A stretch of 64,000 bases of DNA. Origin: Squalus acanthias. Lineage: Eukaryota. The stretch's first letter is position 1. Every line of letters begins with the position of its first letter. Positions 38,081 through 47,515 of this stretch are shown in pieces. The DNA is taken from positions 5,332,001 to 5,396,000 of the forward strand of contig CM059433.1 of assembly GCA_030390025.1 (NCBI GenBank), given 5' to 3'. Under the pieces are notes generated by a model that had not been told where the DNA came from, searched no databases, and was given only the letters and a program-made list of their open reading frames with translations. A program made the translations under genes and the position numbers.

Positions 38081-39724
38081 ATAGATTCTAGTAGCTTCCC
38101 CATAACTGATGTTAATCTGACAGGCCTGATGCTGTCCTCTACCAGGAGAACAAAGTCCCCGGTCTGTAACCTGCTCCTTGTTCAGTTTTGGGCTGGACAC
38201 AAGATGGTGACCACTGGCGACTGTGGGTCTCATATAAATAATTGAATTACCTTATAAAGGTTTCACGTCAAATGTTGTCTTTGTTTGAGGGTCTGTCTGC
38301 AGCAGAGGCCTTGCCCTAAAAACGGGGCACTGGACTCCCGAGACCTGGCATGCTAAGGCAGGCTTCTTAAAGGCAGAAAGTAGGTTTTGCATGATGTCAT
38401 TCTTTTGCATTTTCACCGACCCTTTGCTGCATTTTGCTCCATAAATTAATTGGGTTGACTGGGTAGTCTTCCATTTTTGCCTTTTAATTTTTTCCTTCCT
38501 TCAATGCTTTGCTTCATTATTTTTGGTAGCTGCTTTATTGACATCGTACCTTACAATGAGGCAAAGTTAGAACTCCTTAGGAGGCTCATAATTGAAATGT
38601 GAGGGGCCAACAAATTGACCAGCCGCATAAATACTGTGGCTACAAGAGCAGGTCAGAGGCTGGGTATTCTGCGGCGAGTGTCTCACCTCTGTAAGGGGTT
38701 TCGGTTCGGGGTGCTTGTGCGGGGTTAGGCCTTCGTTGCCTAATACTATTGCTTGCTCTGGTCTCCAGCCAGCCTTATTGCAATAAGCACCTGTGAGTGG
38801 TTCGACCCACTCGCCCTTACGGTTCTAACACTGGACTTAGGTGCGAGAGCAGTAATGCAGAGAAAACTCAAATAGACCCGGTTGAATAGTACGAAATGGA
38901 AATCTTTATTGCATAGCGTCCAAAATCATGAAGTACATGTCATAGGCACAAATTAATGACAGTACAAGTATACATACATTCATAAAACTTGGTCTAGGGT
39001 AATGAGGAACGCACGGCACATCGTAAAAAGGGGAACACATTATATTTATCCTTAATAAAACCACCCTCCCCTATCAATACCTACACTAATCTAGATTTGT
39101 AGGATCGAGGAAACATGCTCACCACTCGTGATACTTCGGAGAATTTTAAAGTAAGGCACTCGGCTTGTTTCGCTGCAACACCTGACTGTCACGTGTTGGA
39201 AGGGGTCTCTGTACCCCACTTGTTTATCTTCTCTGCTCCGGCAAGCAGGCTGGACTCCCCATTGTCATGAAGAACTCGACAGCACTCGGGCCCGGTTCGA
39301 AGAAGAGTCTTCCTGTGTCCGACACCGGTTGCCGGTAGAATTCAAAGAAGAGTCTTTGACCAGTTCGTGCAGTAACCTATAGAGTTCAAAAATGGTCTAT
39401 ATATATTTTCGGGCGCGGTCGGGGTTTACTGACCGCGGCGGCACGTGGATTCTTCTTCTTCTCTTCTCATCTCGTCTCGTCTCATCTCTTCGGGCCTTCG
39501 GGTCCAGAACACTGTTTACCGACCCTCGGGATGGTGCACCCGGTCACTGGCCTTCGTCGAGGCGGCTCGCTCCAAATTGAGCTCCACCCAACATAGGAGA
39601 ATAAAAGTTCAGCCCGCGTCCAGAGTCAGTTCAAACGAATCAGCCCCGGGAGGATCAGAGGAATAAGAGAGAGATGGACGTTCGTTCACTATAGTTATAG
39701 TGCTGTGTTCCCTTATCTCCCGCC

Positions 39725-41384
39725 TGTAGAATTCGCAATATATCGCGATTTTATTAATAAGGAGAAAACACAAAGTTTCGTTCAAACAGCTTTTATTTCA
39801 GTAGAATGCTGGCAGGTTTAAAGTGGACACAAGCAGCCTGTAAAATGGCCGCCGCACCTCGTGACAGAACATTCTAGACTTTTCAACAGGCAGACAAGAT
39901 GGCGTTTCCAATAAACATTTGTGCAAGATCGATTAAGATTCAGCACAGTGAAGATAATACACGAGACATTATGGGTTTGCAGTATACACATAGATACTGA
40001 AATCGGTCTCCCAGGTACAAAGGAAAGCCATTGTACCGAGGAATCAAGGGCCCATCCAAAAGACATTAATATGTAAAATCCCAACGACTCTACGATGAGA
40101 GAGCCGTTAGCAGGTAGTTATGCAGGACACTTGGAAGCCCCAAACCCCTCCAGGGAGAACACCGACCGATTTAACAATGGGAGAAATATTAACAGGTACT
40201 CAGACATTTACGAGTAGCCCCGAAACCCATTAAGAACGGAGATCACCCATACAAGACATTTGGGCGCCAAACCCTAAACAAAAGAATGGACATTATAGTT
40301 GGGCGGGAAACGGAAGATTTTGCACTATAATTGCAGGCTCCAAACCGTCCATTCTCTCTCTTGCTCTCTTGCTCCTGTGCTTTTATCCGGTCGATTCGTA
40401 ACCTCGTGGCTGCTCCTGTGTACTCGTAGTTGGGCTCGCTCCTGCTTGCCTGTTGCCTCTTCTGAAAAGACTGTTGAACTTTCTGATCCGTTCGGATCTA
40501 CCTCGTGTCGCGTAACGAAGACCTATGTTGGTAACTGGCAGCGGAACCGAAGGCCCGAGATGAGATGAGATGAGATGAGATGAGATGAGAAGAGAGGAAG
40601 ACCATATCCATCGCCACGGTCAGTAAATCCCGACCGCGCCTGTAGGTCGATTAGCCAAGTTTTCCTCGCCAGGAAGACTTCTTTTGAACTTGCAAGGAAA
40701 CATATCGTATCGACGATATCGATAACTGTGCTCGAAGAGTACCTGTTAAACCAACCAACACAGGTCTTCACCACAGCAGACGGTCCAGCCTGCTAGCCGG
40801 AGCAGTAAAAGCAAGTAAACAAGTGGGACCAGGAGATCTCCTGACCGACACGTGGGTGCTGCGGTGAAAAACATCCGATCAGCTATTCGGAATTTCTCCG
40901 AGTTATCACGAGTGGTGAGCATGAGTCTCGAGATCCTACGAATCTAGTTTAGGATAGATATTGATAGGGGAGGGTTTAAGGATTAAGGATATTTGTAATG
41001 TGTGCCCCTATTTACTTTGTGCCGTTCGTTCCTCGTTTCCCTAAGATCGACTATATAACTGTTTGTAAGATTGTACTGTCATTAATCTGTGCTTATGACA
41101 TGTATTTCATAATCTTAAGTAACATGCAATAAAGATTTTCCATTTCGTACCATTCAAACCAAGTCTACATGAGTTTTATCTCCATTACTGCTCTCGCATC
41201 TAAGTCCAGTGTCTAGAACCGTAAGGGAGAGTGATTCGAACCACTCACAGGTGTGTCTAGTGTTCCCAGACTGGCTGGAGACCAGAACAGGCAACAAGGC
41301 CTAGACCCGCACTGACATACAGGCTGCACAGAGCCGCGTGAATCTCACAGGCCGCGAGACACGCAGGGTCAGGAATCCCTTACA
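39725..41384 (+). repeat. 5' LTR (family A)
   Basis: TG..CA ends; GC box 40301-40307, TATAA 40326-40330, (GAGAT)n ~40557, AATAAA 41128-41133. Confidence 0.97.
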
Positions 41385-41388
41385 GAAA

Positions 41389-43200
41389 ATGGCGACCGCG
41401 GCAGGACCCTGGCAGCGAGAGGGTAGTGTGTTAGATTTTGGAATGACTGTACGAAATGTTATGCAGGAAAAGATAGCGGATTATGTGTTTGGAAAGGTTA
41501 ATCTAACTAAGAAATGGATAAGTGAATTGTTAGCGGATAAGAGCCCACTAGAGGCAGCTGAAAGGTGGACAGATAGTAAAGAACATAGAAAGACACTTGA
41601 GAAAGCAGTCTGGCTTATGTGTTACAAAAGGCAGGTTCAGATTTCAAACCAGACCATTACAGCGCTAGTAGCTCGAATCAGTCATTTAGAGGGAGAAATG
41701 GAGGAGAAGGTTTCTGGAGGGGAGGTGCTCATTAAGAATTTAAATGAGTTACACCAAGAAAGCCAGGAAGTCTCCAGTCACCTTAAAACAAGGATAGATT
41801 ATCTCGAGTGCCAGGTCACTGAGGCAAAATTGAATGAGAGCAGGTTAAAGGAAAGATGTAACCGCCAAGCTGCCCAGATAAGAACTCAAGAAGAGAGCTT
41901 AATGGGGGTTAGGGCGGCATATAAGTTGGCCCTTGAGGATAAGTTTCAGGGAGCCGATCATAGCGCCTGCCAAAGGGAGATAGAGCACCTCAAAAAGGCC
42001 GTGAACAATGCGAACGGCATGGTGTGCCTTATCAATCCGTCGGCGCACCAGCCGCTAGTAAATGAGAGATTTAGAAAATCCCCACCAAGTAAAGCAGAAG
42101 AAGTAGTAGCCACTGCGCCCTCCGCGCCACCCAGCTATTCAGAAACCTGGGTTAGGGAGGAAGCAATGGAAGAAACAAAAGAGCCCATTGAAAAGGAAGT
42201 AGAAAAGGGATCGTTGTATCCAGTAACGGGTATTAAAAGGGGCCCAAGCAGAAACGGTGGGGAAGAACCGGGGGATCTCCTCGGACAGCTGGTGTTGCCT
42301 CACAGTTCACATCAGCTGAGAGCTATGATAAATCACGTACGGAAGCTGACCGAGGTAGACGACCCTTCCGTACATTTCAGAGAAGTTGAGCAAGCCGCAG
42401 CCATTAACGGCTGCGATGATGGGGAGACAGCAAAAATGCTGCTGTTCTCATTAGACAGCTCGGTCCTTCAGTGTCTCTCAGGCGAGAGCAAGAGGGGAAC
42501 CAAGAGTTATGAGGAATTAAAGAATGAGGTCCTGGAAGTGTTGGGGGCGAACGACGAAGGTCCGTTTGCTAGAGTGGGACAGACAGTGCAGATGGAGGGA
42601 GAACCCCCGAAGGTTTTTGCCGACAGGTTGTGGCCAGTATATGAGCGCAGCTGTCTAGGTGCGCCCGAGCGCGAAGATGTGGAAGGTTTAGCTTTAACTC
42701 ATTGGCTTAGGTGCATAATAGCCAACAGTTTACCAGCCGTTAGAGAGCAGGCAAAAGCATGGTTTGATCCCAATGACCCCAACATTACGGAAGAGTCGGT
42801 CTTGAATCGACTCACGTTAGGTTATCGCAATATAAGGGGTATGGCAACACGTCCCCTTAAGGGAAGAGTACATGAGGTACGACCCGCAGCCCCGTATCAA
42901 AGAGAGTGGCATCAGGAGGGTAATCGCGCCCCACAGGCAAGTAATGCTTGTTACGGGTGTGGGAAGACAGGGCACTGGCGCAAACATTGCAGGAACCCTT
43001 GGAAGGATTCCAAGGATAAAAATCCCGCGGTCCGAGCCCAGGCGCCTGTCCCGGCTAGGGAAGCTAGTGCTCCCACCCCTCCCGACGACCTCGAAGCAGT
43101 GTTAGGAGCCATGCGCAAGCTGGTCTTGAATGCGCGTGGACAGGTGGCGGTCGCAACCGGCCCCGTAGGTGCCGCAGGACCGTCTAATAGTACCCAATGA
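41389..43200 (+). CDS. gag: Gag polyprotein (~603 aa from first ATG)
   Basis: N-terminal coiled coil, PSAPPSY late domain, MHR-like QMEGEPPKVFADRL, CCHC knuckle CYGCGKTGHWRKHC. Confidence 0.9.
   Translation: MATAAGPWQREGSVLDFGMTVRNVMQEKIADYVFGKVNLTKKWISELLADKSPLEAAERWTDSKEHRKTLEKAVWLMCYKRQVQISNQTITALVARISHLEGEMEEKVSGGEVLIKNLNELHQESQEVSSHLKTRIDYLECQVTEAKLNESRLKERCNRQAAQIRTQEESLMGVRAAYKLALEDKFQGADHSACQREIEHLKKAVNNANGMVCLINPSAHQPLVNERFRKSPPSKAEEVVATAPSAPPSYSETWVREEAMEETKEPIEKEVEKGSLYPVTGIKRGPSRNGGEEPGDLLGQLVLPHSSHQLRAMINHVRKLTEVDDPSVHFREVEQAAAINGCDDGETAKMLLFSLDSSVLQCLSGESKRGTKSYEELKNEVLEVLGANDEGPFARVGQTVQMEGEPPKVFADRLWPVYERSCLGAPEREDVEGLALTHWLRCIIANSLPAVREQAKAWFDPNDPNITEESVLNRLTLGYRNIRGMATRPLKGRVHEVRPAAPYQREWHQEGNRAPQASNACYGCGKTGHWRKHCRNPWKDSKDKNPAVRAQAPVPAREASAPTPPDDLEAVLGAMRKLVLNARGQVAVATGPVGAAGPSNSTQ
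41390..41407 (+). promoter_or_regulatory. Primer-binding site, tRNA-Arg(UCG)
   Basis: TGGCGACCGCGGCAGGAC, 5 nt after the LTR; complementary to the vertebrate tRNA-Arg-TCG 3' end ...GTCCTGCCGCGGTCG-CCA (tRNA sequence from recall). Confidence 0.85.
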
Positions 43201-44400
43201 CTAGAGCCCACGCAGCCTGCCTACCTGTGTCCTTTTAAAAGACACGCACAGGAGGGGGTCTGCGGTGAGGAGGCCAGGTTAAAAGAGCAGGCCTTGCGGG
43301 AGGAGAACGCCCGCTTAATAGGGAAAATAGATGGGCTGGAAGGGCAGCTTAGAGAGCAGGCCCTGCGGGAGGAGAACGCCCGATCAATGGGAAAGTTAGA
43401 CGTGCTCAGGCTAGAAGGGCAGCTTAGAGAGATAAAAGCAGCCTACAGGGTAGCCAAAAGCCGGGAGTATGAGGATGTAAACCAGTGCAAACTGTACCAG
43501 CCAGGTGCGCAGGGGAAAACTACAGGGGTAAATCCCGCCAATGGGAAAGCACAGCCCCAGGTAGGACCACAAGGCACACAGGCAGGCATAGCAGCTTGCA
43601 TCAGGGGAAGGGACATCCCGGACGATCATGCAGCGTTTTTCTGGAATTGGGGGTTAGATGAGGAAGAATTCAGGGTACCCGGGTCAGATGAGGATAGTGC
43701 AGATGAGGATAGTGATGACGACGGGTGTTTTCGGAGGAACGGTCCCTTTTACGATATGGAGGGGACGGGGGCTGCAGGTAGAGATCCACACAGGGTGGAC
43801 ACACAAGCTGCAGGTCCCGAGGACAGGAGGGAGGAGCTAGAGGAGGCAGGGCCAGCCGCTATAGGAGCACAGAGAGTACCGGTGTGGCTCCCAGAGATGT
43901 GGCCGCCCGCTTTGAACGTCCAGTCCTCAGGGGAGGCAGAGATCACGAGTGAAGGGCCGCCTGCTGGGCCGAGCAGGGCGGAGCCACGAACTGCCAGCCC
44001 CGAGGTTAGGGAGGCGGAGTCAGCAGAGGCGGAGCCGGCGACTGTGATGGAACCCCAGGTCATCCCGATGGAGGTCTCGGAACCCGGTCCGTCCGTCACG
44101 GAACCCCCGCCCATAGCAACTCCCCGTAGGTCAAGTAGAGAACCCCAGCCCAGGAGGATGTGGTCATGTCCCCAGACTGCCCCAAGGCGTAAATTTCAGG
44201 TTAAGATAACCCGGGTACAGACCGGCCACATCGCAGCAGTAACAGGCTGCGGCAGATCAGAGGGAAGGGTCAGCGCAGCAACAGGCTGCGGCAGATCAGA
44301 GGGAAGGGTCAGCGCAGCAACAGGCTGCGGCAGATCAGAGGGAAGGGTCAGTGCCCTCCCACCGTCGGGAAGAGCTCGCAGCAGCCTTCTCAGAATTTAA
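43201..44400 (+). CDS. In-frame readthrough ORF: short pol leader + Gag-like coiled coil + Pol C-terminal tail
   Basis: No stop from 43201 to 44400 in the gag frame; from 43478 homologous to the post-integrase tail of pol (61127->60295). Confidence 0.7.
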   Translation, partial: LEPTQPAYLCPFKRHAQEGVCGEEARLKEQALREENARLIGKIDGLEGQLREQALREENARSMGKLDVLRLEGQLREIKAAYRVAKSREYEDVNQCKLYQPGAQGKTTGVNPANGKAQPQVGPQGTQAGIAACIRGRDIPDDHAAFFWNWGLDEEEFRVPGSDEDSADEDSDDDGCFRRNGPFYDMEGTGAAGRDPHRVDTQAAGPEDRREELEEAGPAAIGAQRVPVWLPEMWPPALNVQSSGEAEITSEGPPAGPSRAEPRTASPEVREAESAEAEPATVMEPQVIPMEVSEPGPSVTEPPPIATPRRSSREPQPRRMWSCPQTAPRRKFQVKITRVQTGHIAAVTGCGRSEGRVSAATGCGRSEGRVSAATGCGRSEGRVSALPPSGRARSSLLRI

Positions 44401-44712
44401 AGGGGCCGCCCTGAGAACGGGCGGCACTGTATAGTAATAAGTTTTAAGTTTTAAGTTTATAGTTCAAGGTTAAGTTTTAAGTTTATAGTTCAAGGTTAAG
44501 TTTATAGCTTTAATAAGGTTAAGTTTGTAGTGTTTTTAACAGAAAACGATAAAATGATGGGAGCTTTAAAGATAGGTTTAGTTGAAGTTTATTCAGCGAA
44601 CGTTGAAGTTTACGTGAGGCGAGGTCAGGGGACCCGCTCACCCTTCACAAAAGCCAGAGACTCTTGCGAGGCTGGCTACCTCATTCTATCTGATCACAGG
44701 AACCAAGGAAGG

Positions 44713-47064
44713 ATGGAACGAATTCTAGTATTGCTCGTGGCAATCGGATGTGGATTGGCCTATCGAGGCCGCACCAAGGATGTCGTGGTGTTTGGATGTT
44801 CCGGGGACACGGCCCCCATCGCGGTGGATGGGACCGGAAGACGGGAGGCAGAGGAGACCAGCACCTATTTCCACAAGGGAAGGTGGCCAGGATGGCTGGG
44901 AACGAACTCAACGGAGTATTCCAGCACATCGGGGTTTGCCTACAAAGAGACTTCTTTACTGTGCCCCAAAGTAAGGATCATCGCACCCAGGATCAGCGTC
45001 ACCGTCGGCAAACGGATTTGTTTGACTTGTAGTGGGAAGGTCCCATTGAGCCGATGGTGGTGGCTGCGAAAGCTGAGCAAAACTATGAGGAACTCTTCGG
45101 TCGAGTGGGAACGACTGGGTAATAATACCCATCGGACAATTACGGGGACAGACGGACAAGTGAAAGTCTGTTGGGACAAATGGTGGGAACCGGATGAGGG
45201 AATTTATGTATGTATGTGGGGGTCAAAGTACGTTTGCCCCAAAGGCATCTCCATATTTTTTATTAATCAATGGCAGGATAACGGACAGGGGATGAGGTGG
45301 GATGCGAGCACCAGGGGGTGCGGAGCCCCATTCTCCCCGATCCCAGTAAATGCCACTGAGCTCATTACGCGCCCACGCAAAGCCCCGCCCACGATTCCGG
45401 TGGTTCTAGCTGAGGAAGAAGGGTGCCCTAAAACTAGTCAGGGACCCGGGAATGGTTTGGTACTGGTCCCCACAGACCAGATACTATTTCAGGGGGTACA
45501 TTACGCGGTGGCCTCGGTGATTTTAAATCTCACTGAGGTACGGTTACCAGAGTGGTGCCCCAAAAAGACGGAACAGTTGTACCAGGTCCTGTTGACCAAG
45601 ATGTTCAGACAATTTTACGAATTCGATTTCGCGGAAATTGATAAAACAAGTTTGTACACCGCGCCACAGGAAGTTTTGGATCCAGTAGGGAGGCAAAGAA
45701 GGGGTTTGGTGAACGATGCGTTCACTGCTTTTAACACAGGTACATCTGTGGTCAACGCTCTAGACAGTGTGGAGCTGCAGACCCAGATTAATGGTTTAAA
45801 GACACAATTAAAGGACATTCTAACAGATGAGAATAAAGTGGTAGGGTCGGGTCTACACGAGGACCAAGCCATGACCCTCCATTTAAAGGAAATTATAGCA
45901 GAGTTGGAGAAACATGCAAAGACGGTAAATGCCCTGATCAGGGAAGATCGGAATGCGTCCGATCAAGCTGCGCAGAACGAGGTGTGCGTGCTTTACGGGG
46001 CGTGGTTACTGGGCGAGGGCCGCAGTAATTTGGAGGATTTAAAACAAGGTTTGGTTCCGTCCTGGATAAGTAACAAACACCTACGGGCGCTCCACCCTTT
46101 TCAGAACACATTAAACCCGTGCCAGCTCAGGCTAGCTTCAGAAGCATACCCAGTCCCCGTGGACTGTGGACGATCGAACCATACTATTATGGGTATAGTT
46201 TTACGTATGCCGGTTTTGGGCGACACAGCAAAGCCCGCCCCGGTATATCGGGTAGAGAACATCGGTGTCATTCAGGGGGGAGCCCACATTCGTTATGCAG
46301 CGGTTCCACCTTACGTCATCCGCTGGGAGCAAACGATGACAGGTACAGATCTCTCTGGTTGTCGTGGCAGGGGAGCACACATAATACTGTGCCCCCAGCA
46401 CTTGAATGCCTTTTTAACACCACAGTGCGGGTTCAGAACGACTGGCGCCAAGTCCATGAATTGCACCATGGAGGCAATGGCACAAGATCATGTGCCTCCG
46501 CAGGTAGCATACATCGGGGGTGGAACATATTGTGTTACCACTGCAGCGCAACACTACCAGCATGGAAACCGTAGCCGGTGTCCGGTGAGTGACAGCAGTT
46601 TCTGTTTTAAACCCAGGGCGGAAGTTCAAGTAGCACAACAGCGAATTATCCCAATCCCTGAACCATCCACTGTTCATCTCACAGTAAAAGAGAATTTCAC
46701 CGACTTGCAGCGATTCGTCGCGCATTTTGGATACCTCATTCCCCCTCTCCCTGAACACCTCACCAAGCTTTTAAAAGCCGTCGCGGTATCACAGAAACAT
46801 TTTTATACATTAGAGCAGAAAACTGTCGAAATAGGAACAGACATTCTGGATATAGTGATTCCACCATGGTGGAATCTGTTCACTAATATTGAAGTACCTT
46901 CATGGATCAGAATAGCCTCCCACATTTTAGTCGTATGCCAAGTTTTCATTGTAGTGTACCTATTGGTTGTACATTGTAAAAGAGACAAACGCCTCACCAA
47001 GCATGAAAACACGGGAGAGTGGCGAGAACGTTACGTGCGCGTGCACGATGAGAGCACCGTGTAA
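44713..47064 (+). CDS. env: Envelope glycoprotein (783 aa; Ig-like domain + F-like class I fusion protein)
   Basis: Signal peptide MERILVLLVAIGCGLA; N-glycosylation sequons; furin RQRR 45691-45702; heptad repeat; Cys-rich region; TM ~46902-46977; frame open upstream to 44530. Confidence 0.9.
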   Translation: MERILVLLVAIGCGLAYRGRTKDVVVFGCSGDTAPIAVDGTGRREAEETSTYFHKGRWPGWLGTNSTEYSSTSGFAYKETSLLCPKVRIIAPRISVTVGKRICLTCSGKVPLSRWWWLRKLSKTMRNSSVEWERLGNNTHRTITGTDGQVKVCWDKWWEPDEGIYVCMWGSKYVCPKGISIFFINQWQDNGQGMRWDASTRGCGAPFSPIPVNATELITRPRKAPPTIPVVLAEEEGCPKTSQGPGNGLVLVPTDQILFQGVHYAVASVILNLTEVRLPEWCPKKTEQLYQVLLTKMFRQFYEFDFAEIDKTSLYTAPQEVLDPVGRQRRGLVNDAFTAFNTGTSVVNALDSVELQTQINGLKTQLKDILTDENKVVGSGLHEDQAMTLHLKEIIAELEKHAKTVNALIREDRNASDQAAQNEVCVLYGAWLLGEGRSNLEDLKQGLVPSWISNKHLRALHPFQNTLNPCQLRLASEAYPVPVDCGRSNHTIMGIVLRMPVLGDTAKPAPVYRVENIGVIQGGAHIRYAAVPPYVIRWEQTMTGTDLSGCRGRGAHIILCPQHLNAFLTPQCGFRTTGAKSMNCTMEAMAQDHVPPQVAYIGGGTYCVTTAAQHYQHGNRSRCPVSDSSFCFKPRAEVQVAQQRIIPIPEPSTVHLTVKENFTDLQRFVAHFGYLIPPLPEHLTKLLKAVAVSQKHFYTLEQKTVEIGTDILDIVIPPWWNLFTNIEVPSWIRIASHILVVCQVFIVVYLLVVHCKRDKRLTKHENTGEWRERYVRVHDESTV

Positions 47065-47503
47065 TCGGAAAATGGCGTCACTCCCGCTCGCCGCGTGCGC
47101 CGCGGAAGTTTGTACTCATATAAGATTTTCAGAGATTGTAAATACGTTGGGAACTCGACATGTTTTAAGAGTTGGTGTTGATTTATTTTGGTGATGGTGT
47201 TACAGTTAAAAATGATTGTTTGGTTTTGGGTTTTGTTTCTCCTTTCCCTGAATAAAAGATGAATATACAGGTGATACGAGAGGCATCGGCCTGGTTACGC
47301 CGGGAAGGAAAACAAGTGGTGTAAGTGTAAGGGCAAATAATGCCTACGGTGATATAAAATGTAATCTTCTTGGGAAATGAGGACGACACAGAGACCCTAG
47401 CTAAGTTAAAATTATGGGATTAATTTGCTGGATTCGGAGAGAAATCGAGATAATATTGCTCACCACTATGATTTTTGATACGATAAGCGGAGTTATTCGC
47501 ATC

Positions 47504-47515
47504 AACAGGAGGGAC
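47504..47515 (+). promoter_or_regulatory. Polypurine tract
   Basis: AACAGGAGGGAC directly before the 3' LTR; identical in the second provirus (57188-57199). Confidence 0.75.

Larger units (their letters stand above)
36090..38120 (-). mobile_element. Decayed CR1 LINE interrupted by RTE and SINE insertions
   Basis: DVIYMDLQKAFDEVPH..VPQGSDLGP (36452-36780); CR1 tail at 36090; resumes at 37431-37650 and after 38080. Confidence 0.8.

Noticed and set aside
39818..40774. Small ORFs repeated in every LTR as accessory genes
   Set aside because: Non-ATG starts and lengths or frames that vary between LTR copies, partly from the (GAGAT)n tract
47065..47515. Accessory ORF between env and the 3' LTR (62 aa in the minus copy)
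   Set aside because: Frameshifted and without a start codon in the + copy; not conserved
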